From NCBI GenBank assembly GCA_963693365.1, contig CAVNZM010000037.1, forward strand, positions 1 through 43,351: a stretch of DNA of 43,351 nt, written 5' to 3'. The translations under genes and the position numbers were made by a program. The notes under the pieces were generated by a model, which was given only the letters and a program-made list of their open reading frames with translations, was not told the origin of the DNA and searched no databases. The DNA is from Amoebidium appalachense (taxonomy: Eukaryota; Protista; Ichthyosporea). Within the stretch, counting starts at the first letter, position 1. Each line of letters begins with the position of its first letter. Shown one piece after another: positions 9,121-19,206 of the stretch.

Positions 9121-10029
9121 CTACCCCAGCACGTGCTTCTCCAGGAAGCGCACGGGGTACACCTTGACCGGGCGCAGGTCCCCCTGCACCATCTTCAACG
9201 TCTCCTCGGGCTCGCAGCCCTCCTGCTCGCGCCACGTGCGTGCGAGCATCCGGCCGACCGTGCTGCTGGACCTGTCGGTGATGCCCCGGTCGACGAGGAA
9301 CTTCCCGACGGTCACGTACCCGCCGATCGCAGACTCTTCGATGGCCGCACGCTCGCCGGCGGGCACGAGCACGTTGGCCACGGCGTCGTTGAGCAGCATG
9401 CGCATGCGCGGGTCCCTGTCGAGGCCGAACTCCTCGAGGAGGCTGCGGTAGCTCTTGATGTTCTCCACACGCATGCGCCCGTTCTCAATCAGCAAGCGCT
9501 CGACCTCGGCCTCCTCCCGCTTCACGCGCAGCCGACGCTCCTCCTCCAGCTCCTCGCGGCGCCGCTTGCGGTCGGGGGTCTCGTCGGTGCCGTTGCGGAA
9601 GAACTCACGCTCCTCGGGGGTGCTGGCGTCGTAGCGGGCCTCGATCTCGGGGATGAGGGAGACGTCGCCGGAAAGTAGCCGGGCTATGTAGGTGGCACAC
9701 GTCCTGCGGAACTCGTGGGCGCGCTTGCCGGGAAGCAGGAAGATGATCTCGAGGAGGACACGGAAGGGGGCGATTGGGGTGGGCTTTCCAACCCCATTGA
9801 TCTGGGCGTCCTCAGCCTCGCTGAGGATGTCAACAACACTATGGTCCTTTGATTTCTTGATCTGTGACCATGCCTCGTACATCGCCGCCTTTCCAATCAC
9901 CATTGAAATCACATCTAGGACACTTGCCATGTTCTTGTCTCTGTCAATGCGCATAGTGCAACCTTTGAACTGGGGGAACTCCTTCCAAAGAAGCGACATA
10001 TCGCCGGTTTTTTTCTGCTCGCCAGCCAT
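9121..10029 (-). CDS. Bro-N/KilA-N-superfamily DNA-binding protein with coiled coil and C-terminal domain
   Basis: ASVLDVI...INGVGKPTPIAPFRVLLEIIFLLPGKRAHEFR...RLLSGDVSLIPEIE; close paralogue of 23486-24397. Confidence 0.75.
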   Translation of the reverse strand: MAGEQKKTGDMSLLWKEFPQFKGCTMRIDRDKNMASVLDVISMVIGKAAMYEAWSQIKKSKDHSVVDILSEAEDAQINGVGKPTPIAPFRVLLEIIFLLPGKRAHEFRRTCATYIARLLSGDVSLIPEIEARYDASTPEEREFFRNGTDETPDRKRRREELEEERRLRVKREEAEVERLLIENGRMRVENIKSYRSLLEEFGLDRDPRMRMLLNDAVANVLVPAGERAAIEESAIGGYVTVGKFLVDRGITDRSSSTVGRMLARTWREQEGCEPEETLKMVQGDLRPVKVYPVRFLEKHVLG

Positions 10030-10234
10030 GCTGTGTCCGACTGACCTCCTCTGCCGGGCGCTGCTCTTTTATACCTTCAGACCAGGAGAACGGGAGCCCC
10101 GACGCCCGGCACGGTTGGTGTCGGCCTCCCAGGCTGCCAGCCGCTTGTCGTCCAGCCCCAGCTCGCAGTAAACTGCATCAACACGGAAAGTGCGCCGGAC
10201 GTGCACATGTAGCAATCTTTTTGGGGTCCCGGGT

Positions 10235-12190
10235 ATGGCGAATATTCTGGAGGATCTGGACTTGGTGGAAAACATGGAGGACGAGGACACGGACAGCATG
10301 GAGGACGAGGGCACGGACAGCATGGAGGACGAGGACGCGGATCCCTTCTCAGATGCGTATTTTGAATTCCTGGAAGCTGCAGGGGTTGTTGAGCCTGGAA
10401 CGACGGTCGACGACTGGTTCTGCGCCGACCCGGCAGACATAAGTGCGCTCCGGACAGGTAGAAACTGGTGGCCGAACAAGCGCGCTGTTCAGGAGGCCGT
10501 GGACAACGGCACGGTGCAGCGGGCGATTGAGCGCCTGCAACAGCAGGGCCTGGAAATGCCCGAAGGACGGGGGATGGAAGACCTAATAATCGAAACGCTG
10601 GTGTTCATGCGCGTGGCCCGCCAGGCACTCTCCGAGTCTGGGATGGTCCGAAAGGTGTCAACCTTGTGGGGCGGGGAGCCTGAGAACCGCGACCCCTACA
10701 TACGCGAAAATCTGGAAGATCTGGTGAGCCCCGCCGTGCGCGAAGAGGTAAAGGCGGCCAAGCGCAATGGGGACGAGAATGCCATTCAAAATATTATGGA
10801 TGATCCGGAAATCCGCGCCCAGATCACAGACGCGCTGTGGTGCAGGGCTGCTCGCAGGGCCAATCGTCTCAAGCGCCTGGAAACAGCTCTGTACATGTCC
10901 GAGGGGCTCACCAAGAGAGAGTACATATTCAGGTACGCAGATGAGTTGTTTCCCTCGTACGCCGCGGCACGGATACGTGATATACCAATGGGTGATAACG
11001 AAGCATGGGAAAGGGCCGTCGAAACTGAAATGCTAGACGAAGCTGTGGTGGAGGAAGTCCGAAAGAAACTTATGAAACGCGCCACCAGTATTGGCGGCAA
11101 ATATGTCGGAATCTTCCAGTTGGCTCTAAACGAGATGATAGCAAGCCACGGTGGCGTCATTCCAAACATGCAACAACGTCCCCACAATGGCGATGTTGAA
11201 ATGGGTGTAGAACCCGAAGCCCCGGATTCGGATTCGATGCCCCAGGCTCCATCTGGTAGCACTGCACCGGTGTCCGGGTCTGCCATGGATCTTTCGCACG
11301 CGGAGGGCGATGAAGATGATGCGAACATTTTCGAATGGACCGCACAAGGCCTTGTCAAACTATTCGCTACGTTGACCGCTGACTCTCCGCACCAGGCGAA
11401 TCGGCTTTGTTATGAGCACAAGTGGGAGCTTGTTGACAAGTTTGAGTTGTTCGCGCGCGGTGCGCTCGAGATCGCCAGACGACGTCAAATGAAAGAAGAT
11501 TTGGGCAAAATGCTGAAGGCAGATTTGGACGCAGAAGAGGCAGACGCTAAAGACGAAGAGGACGAGGAGGACCGCGCGTTTGTGGTCCCTGATGACGACC
11601 CGGAGGTGCAGCCACCAGACAGCAATGCACCCGACACCCTTTCCGACGAGCTCCGCGACCTGAGGGCTGCGGTACAGATTGCACAACCCGAGACCAGGAT
11701 CGAAGCCGTGAGGCAGGTTCTTGACTGGCTGGCGAGACAGCCGAACGGGGTGTACCACCCACCGCCGCCACGGATGCTGTTCCACAGGTTGCCGTCTCCA
11801 TTGGACCTGTCAGACTGGCTCACCCGGACGATTTCTCCCATGGATGAAGAGGACATGAGGATCCCAGAAGGGGTTTACAACGCGCTGCAGAAGTGGACCA
11901 GGTACACGAAACTTAGACGCCTAGAAGCCCTGCGCGCAAATTTCAGACCGGCCCCGTCGACCGCGGAGTTAGAGGCATACGTAGAGAGAATGTACAGGGC
12001 GATCAACGGCTTGCTCCCGGATCGCTTCCACAACCACACTAATGATTGGACGGGACGGTTTGATGCCTACCCCAGCGAAACAGCAGCCATCATACTCCTT
12101 TCTGGGGCAGAACCCCGGGGGGATCCATTGGCGGCGGCAGACGGCGACCCCATATTTGCGAGGATGCTCATCATCGCCGCAGGGGTCTAG
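10235..12190 (+). CDS. Large acidic hypothetical protein
   Basis: About 650-aa ORF with three N-terminal MEDE(D/G)TDS-like repeats. No family recognised. Confidence 0.7.
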   Translation: MANILEDLDLVENMEDEDTDSMEDEGTDSMEDEDADPFSDAYFEFLEAAGVVEPGTTVDDWFCADPADISALRTGRNWWPNKRAVQEAVDNGTVQRAIERLQQQGLEMPEGRGMEDLIIETLVFMRVARQALSESGMVRKVSTLWGGEPENRDPYIRENLEDLVSPAVREEVKAAKRNGDENAIQNIMDDPEIRAQITDALWCRAARRANRLKRLETALYMSEGLTKREYIFRYADELFPSYAAARIRDIPMGDNEAWERAVETEMLDEAVVEEVRKKLMKRATSIGGKYVGIFQLALNEMIASHGGVIPNMQQRPHNGDVEMGVEPEAPDSDSMPQAPSGSTAPVSGSAMDLSHAEGDEDDANIFEWTAQGLVKLFATLTADSPHQANRLCYEHKWELVDKFELFARGALEIARRRQMKEDLGKMLKADLDAEEADAKDEEDEEDRAFVVPDDDPEVQPPDSNAPDTLSDELRDLRAAVQIAQPETRIEAVRQVLDWLARQPNGVYHPPPPRMLFHRLPSPLDLSDWLTRTISPMDEEDMRIPEGVYNALQKWTRYTKLRRLEALRANFRPAPSTAELEAYVERMYRAINGLLPDRFHNHTNDWTGRFDAYPSETAAIILLSGAEPRGDPLAAADGDPIFARMLIIAAGV

Positions 12191-12485
12191 GGATTGCACG
12201 ATGCAGGGGTCTTTAAGTTTACAGGTGTGGAGTCGCCGGTTAGACCGGTGGTTGAAGACTTGCCATTGGGATCGGCTGGCAATACCCGGTGGACGCGGTC
12301 TGGAACAAGGCATGCCCTGAGGACCACCAAAAGCCAAAGGAGACAACTCAGGCATTACAGGCCACCCGGGCAGTAAACACGCAAGGACGGGGAGCAGCTT
12401 GTGAACGAGGTCCGAGAACAAGCGGCGCGCCTCCTCCCCTGAGGGCATCCAAAGGTCAGGAATTGAGGCGGATTGATCCCTGCCT

Positions 12486-12851
12486 TCACCGGAGCGGCTC
12501 CCGTCTCAGCGCCCCAGCCAGCCGCGCGAGCCACGCCGTGCGGTCGTCGCCGAGGCGCCCGGCAAAGTCGGCGTAGGGCATCTGCGTCGAAAACCACTGG
12601 CCCTTCTCCTCGTTCCAGTATCGCAGCCCGCTTGCCTTCGAGACCTCCATGCGCGGGCAACGTCCGCATTCGGGAAAGCGGTTGGTGTCGGCCTCCCAGC
12701 CTGCCGCCAGCCGCTTGTCGTACAGGAGGGCCGCACAGGTCGGTGCGTCGCAGGGGGCGGTACCGCCCAGCATGGTGCGCACCGCATCCCGCAGCGCAAG
12801 CGCAAGCAGGGTGGTCACGCAGAGGGCCATGAGCAGGAGGACCAGCTGCAT
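12486..12851 (-). CDS. Small secreted/membrane Cys-containing protein
   Basis: Hydrophobic N-terminus; a fragment of its sequence recurs at about 10112-10151. Confidence 0.55.
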   Translation of the reverse strand: MQLVLLLMALCVTTLLALALRDAVRTMLGGTAPCDAPTCAALLYDKRLAAGWEADTNRFPECGRCPRMEVSKASGLRYWNEEKGQWFSTQMPYADFAGRLGDDRTAWLARLAGALRREPLR

Positions 12852-12899
12852 TGTTACGTCACGGGCGCATTTTGTGCCGGCTTAATCTTCCTGTAGTGC

Positions 12900-13487
12900 A
12901 TGCACATCACGCACGGCGACCGCTTCGTCAGCCGCAACCTCGCGCTGCTCAGCTGCCCGGTCGAGTGGCCTGAGGATCTGGCCAACACGAGGCACACGGG
13001 CATGGGCCTGCGGTGGCGGCGCGAAGGCGACCTGGTCACCGCCATGCTCGGTGAGACACGCATGTACTGGAGGGCGCTGCCCGAGGCCAACGTCGTCACT
13101 TTCACCGACGATCTTGGTCAGGCAAGCTCTTTTGGGTTCAGCGACTGTCCGCTCCCGCAGCCAAATCACGTTCCCGACACGGGTCTGGCGGGCGTGCGGG
13201 TGCGTCTGCACGACACAGACCCGCCGGCGCTTCCCCCGCCCAGCGCACCGCCCAAGGCCCGGGTGGAGCTCGGCGTGGCCCTCTCCATCGGCGTGCTCGG
13301 GGTGGGGCCCCTGCCCATGCCCTCGTGGTTTGTGTCCTCGGTCGCAGACACGAGCCCCACCATGCAGTACGGGTTCCGCGGCGTCAACCTTGCGCTGTGC
13401 CTGCTGCATGTGTGGCGCCTCCGCGTGTGCGTGGACCTGTTCCCGTTCCCGGGACTGACGCTTTTTCTGGCGCTGCTCGAGCTCTGA
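12900..13487 (+). CDS. Hypothetical protein
   Basis: 195-aa ATG ORF that tiles between its neighbours. Confidence 0.5.
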   Translation: MHITHGDRFVSRNLALLSCPVEWPEDLANTRHTGMGLRWRREGDLVTAMLGETRMYWRALPEANVVTFTDDLGQASSFGFSDCPLPQPNHVPDTGLAGVRVRLHDTDPPALPPPSAPPKARVELGVALSIGVLGVGPLPMPSWFVSSVADTSPTMQYGFRGVNLALCLLHVWRLRVCVDLFPFPGLTLFLALLEL

Positions 13488-13507
13488 TATTTTGTAGCCA
13501 TCTATCA

Positions 13508-13903
13508 ATGCGTGCGCTGCTCCTGTGTCCCCCCCTGCTTGCGCTGGTCCTTGCGGCCCCCGAATGCCTGCTGTTCACGGGCTCGGCCACTCTCGCGGCA
13601 ACCACCGCGCACGTGCCGCCCAGCCCCACTGCCGAAACAAAGACGTGGTGGGCGACCCTGACGCACGTGGAGACCGTTGCAGCCACCACCACAGCCGCCG
13701 CTTCGATTCAAACCATCGAAACCACCTCGGCCTCGGAAACTCCCACCGAAACGGACACCGACGTATTCGAGATCCCCACCTCCATCACCGAAGGCGACCC
13801 AACCGACGAACCCATGCCCACGATGCCCGTGGACCCGCCCGCACCACCCGCCGGGGTGAACGCATCCAACTGGGAGTGCCGGTGCACGCTCATCAGACGT
13901 TAA
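13508..13903 (+). CDS. Secreted Thr/Pro-rich (mucin-like) protein
   Basis: Signal peptide MRALLLCPPLLALVLA, Thr-rich body, C-terminal WECRC. Confidence 0.6.
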   Translation: MRALLLCPPLLALVLAAPECLLFTGSATLAATTAHVPPSPTAETKTWWATLTHVETVAATTTAAASIQTIETTSASETPTETDTDVFEIPTSITEGDPTDEPMPTMPVDPPAPPAGVNASNWECRCTLIRR

Positions 13904-13982
13904 TCATTTCTCGGAAAACCAGAGTTGGCCTGTCGATTCTTTGTTTTGTGCAGCCACACCAGTTTTAATTTGCGCAAGAGGA

Positions 13983-14453
13983 ATGGACGTCTCAAATGCG
14001 ATTGGCTTAATCATTCTAATGCTTACTCTTGGTGTGTTGATATGGGCATACTCCAAGTACGAACCCAAACCCGACCCTGGCAAAAACGACAGTACCCCTG
14101 CAGTCAAACGGACACAGTGGTATGCCTTCGACCAAAAGGGGGACCACAGCACGGACAACACGTTTAACGACTGGCAAGACCCGGTGAACTATGGATACAC
14201 GTCGGCCAGCCAGTGCATTAACCGATGCCAATCTATGAGCGGATGCCAACAGGTGGGCTTTTCCCCATGGCAGGATATGGACGGGAAGCAGCCAAAAGGC
14301 TATTGCTACATGAGGAAAGCCGTCAAAGAATGGCCGTTGGATGAGTGGTCAAACAAGTCCGGTGTGGCTGCCTCGGACTCGCAGGTCACGTATGTGATGG
14401 CCGCAGAAGTGCCGGAGAGCATGAAGCAATATGGCAAGCTGGTTGAGTTCTAG
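13983..14453 (+). CDS. Membrane-anchored PAN/Apple-like domain protein
   Basis: N-terminal TM, then SASQCINRCQSMSGCQQVGF...GYCYMRK (C-x3-C-x5-C...C). Confidence 0.6.
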   Translation: MDVSNAIGLIILMLTLGVLIWAYSKYEPKPDPGKNDSTPAVKRTQWYAFDQKGDHSTDNTFNDWQDPVNYGYTSASQCINRCQSMSGCQQVGFSPWQDMDGKQPKGYCYMRKAVKEWPLDEWSNKSGVAASDSQVTYVMAAEVPESMKQYGKLVEF

Positions 14454-14500
14454 CATGAATCAGACGAACTTGGTCTTCTTTTTTATTGTGCCCCAATGTA

Positions 14501-15860
14501 ATGTCGCATGCGCGCTCCCGCATCCTTGACGACATGGCGTCCCACATCGATTTCTCGGCGGCCGTGGCCCGCCGGGCGGCGTTCCCGCACGGGCCGGCCC
14601 TGCCCTCGGCCCCCCGCAGCGTGTCGGTGCCGAGCGAGGCGCCCCCGCGTGTCGAGCCCCCGCAGCCGCCGCAGGGCCAGTGGCGCTACCACTTCGTGAC
14701 GGGCGGGTCCGAGTGCCGTCCGCTGCAGGTGGAGTTTCCCGCCACCCGGTCCGTGCACGGCATCCGTGTCGAGGGTTTCAAGGCGCACAGCGTGTACGAC
14801 GTGTGCGAGGGCGCAAACAGGCTGACGCTGTCGCTGTCGTACCTGGACTCGCCCGACGGCCGGCCCCCGGGCATGTGGGTGAAGGCGTCCACCGACGTGT
14901 ACCTGCCTGTGGGCAACTACACCCTGGACACCCTGTGCACCGAGCTCGAGATGCGCCTGGAAGCCGCCCTCGCCGCATGCTTCAACCCCAGCTACAGCCC
15001 CGAGGAGGTGGCGGACATTCTCGAGATGTACCCGGACACGCTGCCCTACTACGTCACCGTCACACACACGGAGCGGTTGCGCCGGGACGCCGAGCGCAAC
15101 GGCGAGGCGTGGACCAGGCACCAGGACTTTGTGTGCAAGTCGCGGTGGGCGCCCCGCCGGCAGGGCCCGCGCGACGAGATCGCCTTCGAGGCGCTGATGC
15201 TCGCGCAGCTTTACTACAGGGAGAACGCATGGGCCTGGCGCGAGCTGGCCAACGAGCGTGACGCGCACGGGCGCATCCAGTGGCCGTTCCACAACACGCT
15301 GTACAACCTCATGACGCCCTCGAAGCTCGCGCTGCCCGGGCGACTGGTCATCAGCATCCACCACCGCAAGAACATGGACCCGGACACCATGAAGCACTGG
15401 CTGCCGTATGCGTCGGTGCCGACGTTCTCGCTTGACGTGTGCCGGGGGCTCGGGAACGTGCTGGGAATGGCGGCCGGCGCGCACGTCAGCCACAGCCTGA
15501 CGGCGGGGCTGCCTCCGCTGGCACGCTACTTCGACGGGCGAGACCATGCGGCCGTGGAGGAGGGCGACCAGCAGCTGCCGTGCCAGGGCGACAACATCCA
15601 GTGCGTGTTTGGGACGGACGTGCCCCTTGGCCCACGGGGGGCGCTCATGGTGCACGTCATGCAGGGCGAGACGAACCTGCAGGGGCGCATCATGGCGCCG
15701 GGCGTGCAGGGGGCGGCGGGCGGGGCGGTGGACGACATGCTGGTCGAGCCCGCAGATCTTGGGGACGCTGGATCACGTCGACACGCTGCGGCTGGTGGTG
15801 GTGGACGAGACCGGGACGCGTGTGACCGGGTGCTTCTCGGCGCTGGTCGCGGTTAAATAA
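14501..15860 (+). CDS. Penton/minor-capsid-like protein; likely frameshift near 15761
   Basis: RSVHGIRVEGF..VYDVCEGANRL...VYLPVGNYTLDTLCTELE. Removing one G from GGGG (15761-15764) gives the C-terminus LDHVDTLRLVVVDETGTRVTGCFSALVAVK, ending at TAA 15860. Confidence 0.5.
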
Positions 15861-15949
15861 AGGGGATGCCGTGTGACTCACATGGACGTTTTTTATTTGG
15901 AATGCCCTAGGATGCACAGGACAGGGGTCAATGGTTTTTCTTTCGGTCG

Positions 15950-16540
15950 TGCCCAGACCCGCCTTGGGGGACCTCCACCATCTTCTCCTTGGAAACCAGA
16001 GAACTAGCTGCACTGAAGATCATCAGTCTAGCTACACTGAAGATCATCAGTCTAGCTTGGTGGACACATCTCGCATCAAGTTTCAGGGAAAGATAGAGGT
16101 GTTCTGCGAGGCACCTGGGCTATCATAGACCTTGCATGGAAATCAGAGAACACCATTGGATCCCCAGACCCGCCTTGGGGGTCGTCTATCATCTTCTCTT
16201 TGGAAATCAGAGAACACCATTGGATCCCCAGACCCGCCTTGGGGGTCGTCTATCATCTTCTCTTTGGAAATCAGAGAACACCATTGGATCCCCAGACCCG
16301 CCTTGGGGGTCGTCTATCATCTTCTCTTTGGAAATCAGAGAACACCATTGGATCCCCAGACCCGCCTTGGGGGTTCTCTATCATCTTCTCTTTGGAAATC
16401 AGAGAACACCATTGGATCCCCAGACCCGCCTTGGGGAACCTCCAGGCCGCTAATGCACTGGCAGGGCAGATCACCGTCTTCTCCTTGGAAATCAGAGAGT
16501 ACCATTGGATTTCTACAGGGCAGACCTGCAGGGCAGGTCC
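15950..16540. repeat. Tandem array of a 64-bp unit (about 5 near-perfect copies plus diverged flanking copies)
   Basis: Unit GGAAATCAGAGAACACCATTGGATCCCCAGACCCGCCTTGGGGGTCGTCTATCATCTTCTCTTT; homologous to 17520-17586 inside the neighbouring KilA-N gene. Confidence 0.95.
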
Positions 16541-16591
16541 CACGAAAGCTCTGCAAGTCGGTGAATGATTCGTGTCTTTATTACCTTCACC

Positions 16592-17871
16592 TTAACCAAA
16601 TACAGCCAGTGCCAAGTCCTTGGTATCGCCAGGATCCATAAAGGCTTCGGCCATGTCGGCAAGAACCGGGGCCAGGCACGCAAAGTCCACCCCAAACATC
16701 TCCCGTTCGATGTTTTCCTGGTACAGCTGCTGGTGCACAAACTTTTCTGCATCCCTCAGATTCTGAGTGGGGACAGGTAGAGCAAACAGAAGACGTTTTT
16801 GCGCATCAGTATGCCAAGTCGCGGCCTCACGCATACGTCCACTCACGTTCTTCATGCTTAGACCAATTTTTAAGCAAGGGACTGCCCCATACTTGGAAAC
16901 AAACACATAGACTCCCGGGACCTGCTGGGTACAGGTGCGCTGGGTGACGTTGCGAAGTCGTTTGGAGGCCTTGATGTATTCTGGTGGCAGATAGTCCTCC
17001 TCGGTGCGCATCTCACGTTGCAGCTGCAGGAGGCGGATCTCCATTTCGATCTTGTCCCGTTCAGCATGCAGCTTGTCCCGCTCGGCGTTAACCTTTTCTG
17101 TTTGCCTTTCCAAGATCCGACATTCTTGTTGCATGGTCATCACCTTTGCTTGGGCCTCCCGAAGGACGGGATCGTGAACCATCATGTACCTCTCATACCG
17201 TGCCAGCTCGGATTCTCGCATGACACGCGGCTTAACAGAACGGGTGTGATCTTCCACTTCATAATTCGCGCGCTTGGGCCTTGTGTGAAGGGGCCCAACA
17301 GATTCTGTGCCTGCCGCCGCATCTGTCTCCGTCAGGACACCGCCAACTGCCGAGTAATCTCCAGAATAGCACTTTCCCATGACGCTGCACCATTTGGCAT
17401 GAAAGGTCTTATCGACATGCTCCATAAAAGCACCGGCCAAATCAATCAAAATCCATGTTCCCTTGTAGACCTCCCCTTGTCTGACTTCTGGTACTGGCAA
17501 CGACTGGTGTCCAGAACCAGGAAATCAGTTTTTGGACCCCCTTGGTCATGCCCAGACCCGCCTCGAGGGATCTCAAGGCCGCTGATAGACTTTTCAAGGC
17601 GGCTTTTGATGGCCTCAATCAGCCGTCTTGTGCTGCTCAACCGGTAGAAGTCGGCCCACCGGCTACCGACATGGTGTTCGAGTTTTGAAGCGTTGATCCA
17701 AAGGCGCCCTTTACGCACCTCACCATATGAGAGTATGTTCTTCTCTTCGTCTATTATTGGGATTATCTCCCCCTCCTTCAGAACTTTTCCATCACGCATA
17801 ACCACTCTCTCCGAGGATTGCGATTGGGTCACTGATGTGTAGTCTGGTGGCTGGGGTATGAGGGTGGCCAT
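16592..17871 (-). CDS. KilA-N + coiled coil + T5orf172 (GIY-YIG-like) protein, frameshifted at about 17500-17540 (possible pseudogene)
   Basis: WINASKL...WADFYRLSSTRRLIEAI is in one frame and KGTWILIDLA in another; the C-terminus has GVYVF..LKIGLS...AEKFVHQQL...REMF. Confidence 0.75.
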
Positions 17872-17956
17872 CTATAAGTGCGTAGATAATATTTTTCCCG
17901 GCTTTTTTTTGGTGGGGGGGGGGATAAAAGCTTATCTCCCCCCACCATACACCACA

Positions 17957-18565
17957 ATGCGTGTGGCCGCCATCGACATCGGCTTCCTCAATCTCGTCGT
18001 GTGCGTGCTCAGCACCACCGACTCCCCAAACACCCCCTTCATCATCCACACGTGGGACCGCTGGCTCGTGGGCAACCCGGACACCACGGCCACGGTGCTG
18101 GTGGAGCTGCTGCTGCGGCGGCTGCACGAGGACCGCGCGCTGTTTGTGGACGTCGACATGGTCGTCATCGAGCGCCAGATGGTCACCAAGCTGAGCGTGC
18201 TGGCGCACGCGCTGCAGGCCTACTTCCTCACCCTCAGATTGACCAATGGCCACGGGCCCGGCGTGGTGCTGCAGCACGGCACGCGCAAGAACCAGTGCGG
18301 GGCGTGGCTCGCCCGCCACGGAATGGCCCCCGCGGAGACGGGCAAGGCGGCGTATGCGGTGTACAAGCGGCGTGCGGTGGTCGACACGCAGCAGGCGCTG
18401 AAGCTGCAGAGTGAGCAGGGGTGGCGGGACAAGTTTGGGCGGGAGGGCAAGAAGGACGACATGGCGGACGCGCTGCTGCACGGTCTGTGGTACACGTTCT
18501 GTCGGAATCAGAAAGGGGGGTCACGCAGAGGGCATATGCAAGCAAACAGACAGTGTACAAAATAA
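17957..18565 (+). CDS. RuvC-like Holliday junction resolvase (poxvirus A22-like)
   Basis: MRVAAIDIGFLNL, VVIERQM and KKDDMADALLHG catalytic motifs. Confidence 0.88.
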   Translation: MRVAAIDIGFLNLVVCVLSTTDSPNTPFIIHTWDRWLVGNPDTTATVLVELLLRRLHEDRALFVDVDMVVIERQMVTKLSVLAHALQAYFLTLRLTNGHGPGVVLQHGTRKNQCGAWLARHGMAPAETGKAAYAVYKRRAVVDTQQALKLQSEQGWRDKFGREGKKDDMADALLHGLWYTFCRNQKGGSRRGHMQANRQCTK

Positions 18566-18594
18566 AAAAAGCAATTCATCTCTTTATTTGTTTC

Positions 18595-19107
18595 TTATAG
18601 ACCGGCTTCCAGTCCCATGGACCGGAGGTATAGATTGGCCCGTTGGTTGTCTGTGTCTGTGTTGTTCCTGTGGGCAATCTGCAATTCGGGTTCCATGTTG
18701 ATAATACCCTGGAAGTAGCACACGAGCTGATCCGCTGTCGGTGACTCGGCCACGTGTTGGTTCCAACCCGGTAGGTACAGGCGCAGATACCCGTAGCCAT
18801 CACACACCCATCCCACGCGTGACACCCATGCCATATCCTCCTCGGAGAAAAGCCACTTGTGTCCGCCCACCCTTATGGTGTCGCTTCCAACCAGTTTCAT
18901 GTCAAAGGCTTTGCTCCACGTGTGCATCACAAGCTCGTCATCATCGTCGTGCCAGTACAGCCCAAATCCGCTGCCCTTGGCACAGCTCTCCACGTACCAT
19001 TTTATCAGGTGTATGGGTTCGTATATGCGAAGAGCCACTAGAAACTTGCACCACTCTGGGGCCTGGTGAACATTGTCATTGTTGATAATCTGCTGCACGG
19101 GCAACAT
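18595..19107 (-). CDS. HNH endonuclease-like protein
   Basis: FSEEDMAWVSRVGW..GYGY...IAHRNNTDTDNQRANL matches the HNH_3-type pattern. Confidence 0.6.
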   Translation of the reverse strand: MLPVQQIINNDNVHQAPEWCKFLVALRIYEPIHLIKWYVESCAKGSGFGLYWHDDDDELVMHTWSKAFDMKLVGSDTIRVGGHKWLFSEEDMAWVSRVGWVCDGYGYLRLYLPGWNQHVAESPTADQLVCYFQGIINMEPELQIAHRNNTDTDNQRANLYLRSMGLEAGL

Positions 19108-19206
19108 ACATGGTGCACAAATAATATTTTACTCAACACTGAAGCGTACAGCGACGATAAACAGTCTAGCCTACAATGACGATAATCAGTCTGGCTTAGG
19201 TAGAAA

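Noticed and set aside
16137-16460. CRISPR-like array
   Set aside because: The units are fully repeated with no unique spacers, and no cas genes are visible.
17494-17537. 44-nt intron repairing the KilA-N frameshift
   Set aside because: It is frame-compatible, but the donor GTCCAA is poor; kept as an unexplained frameshift.
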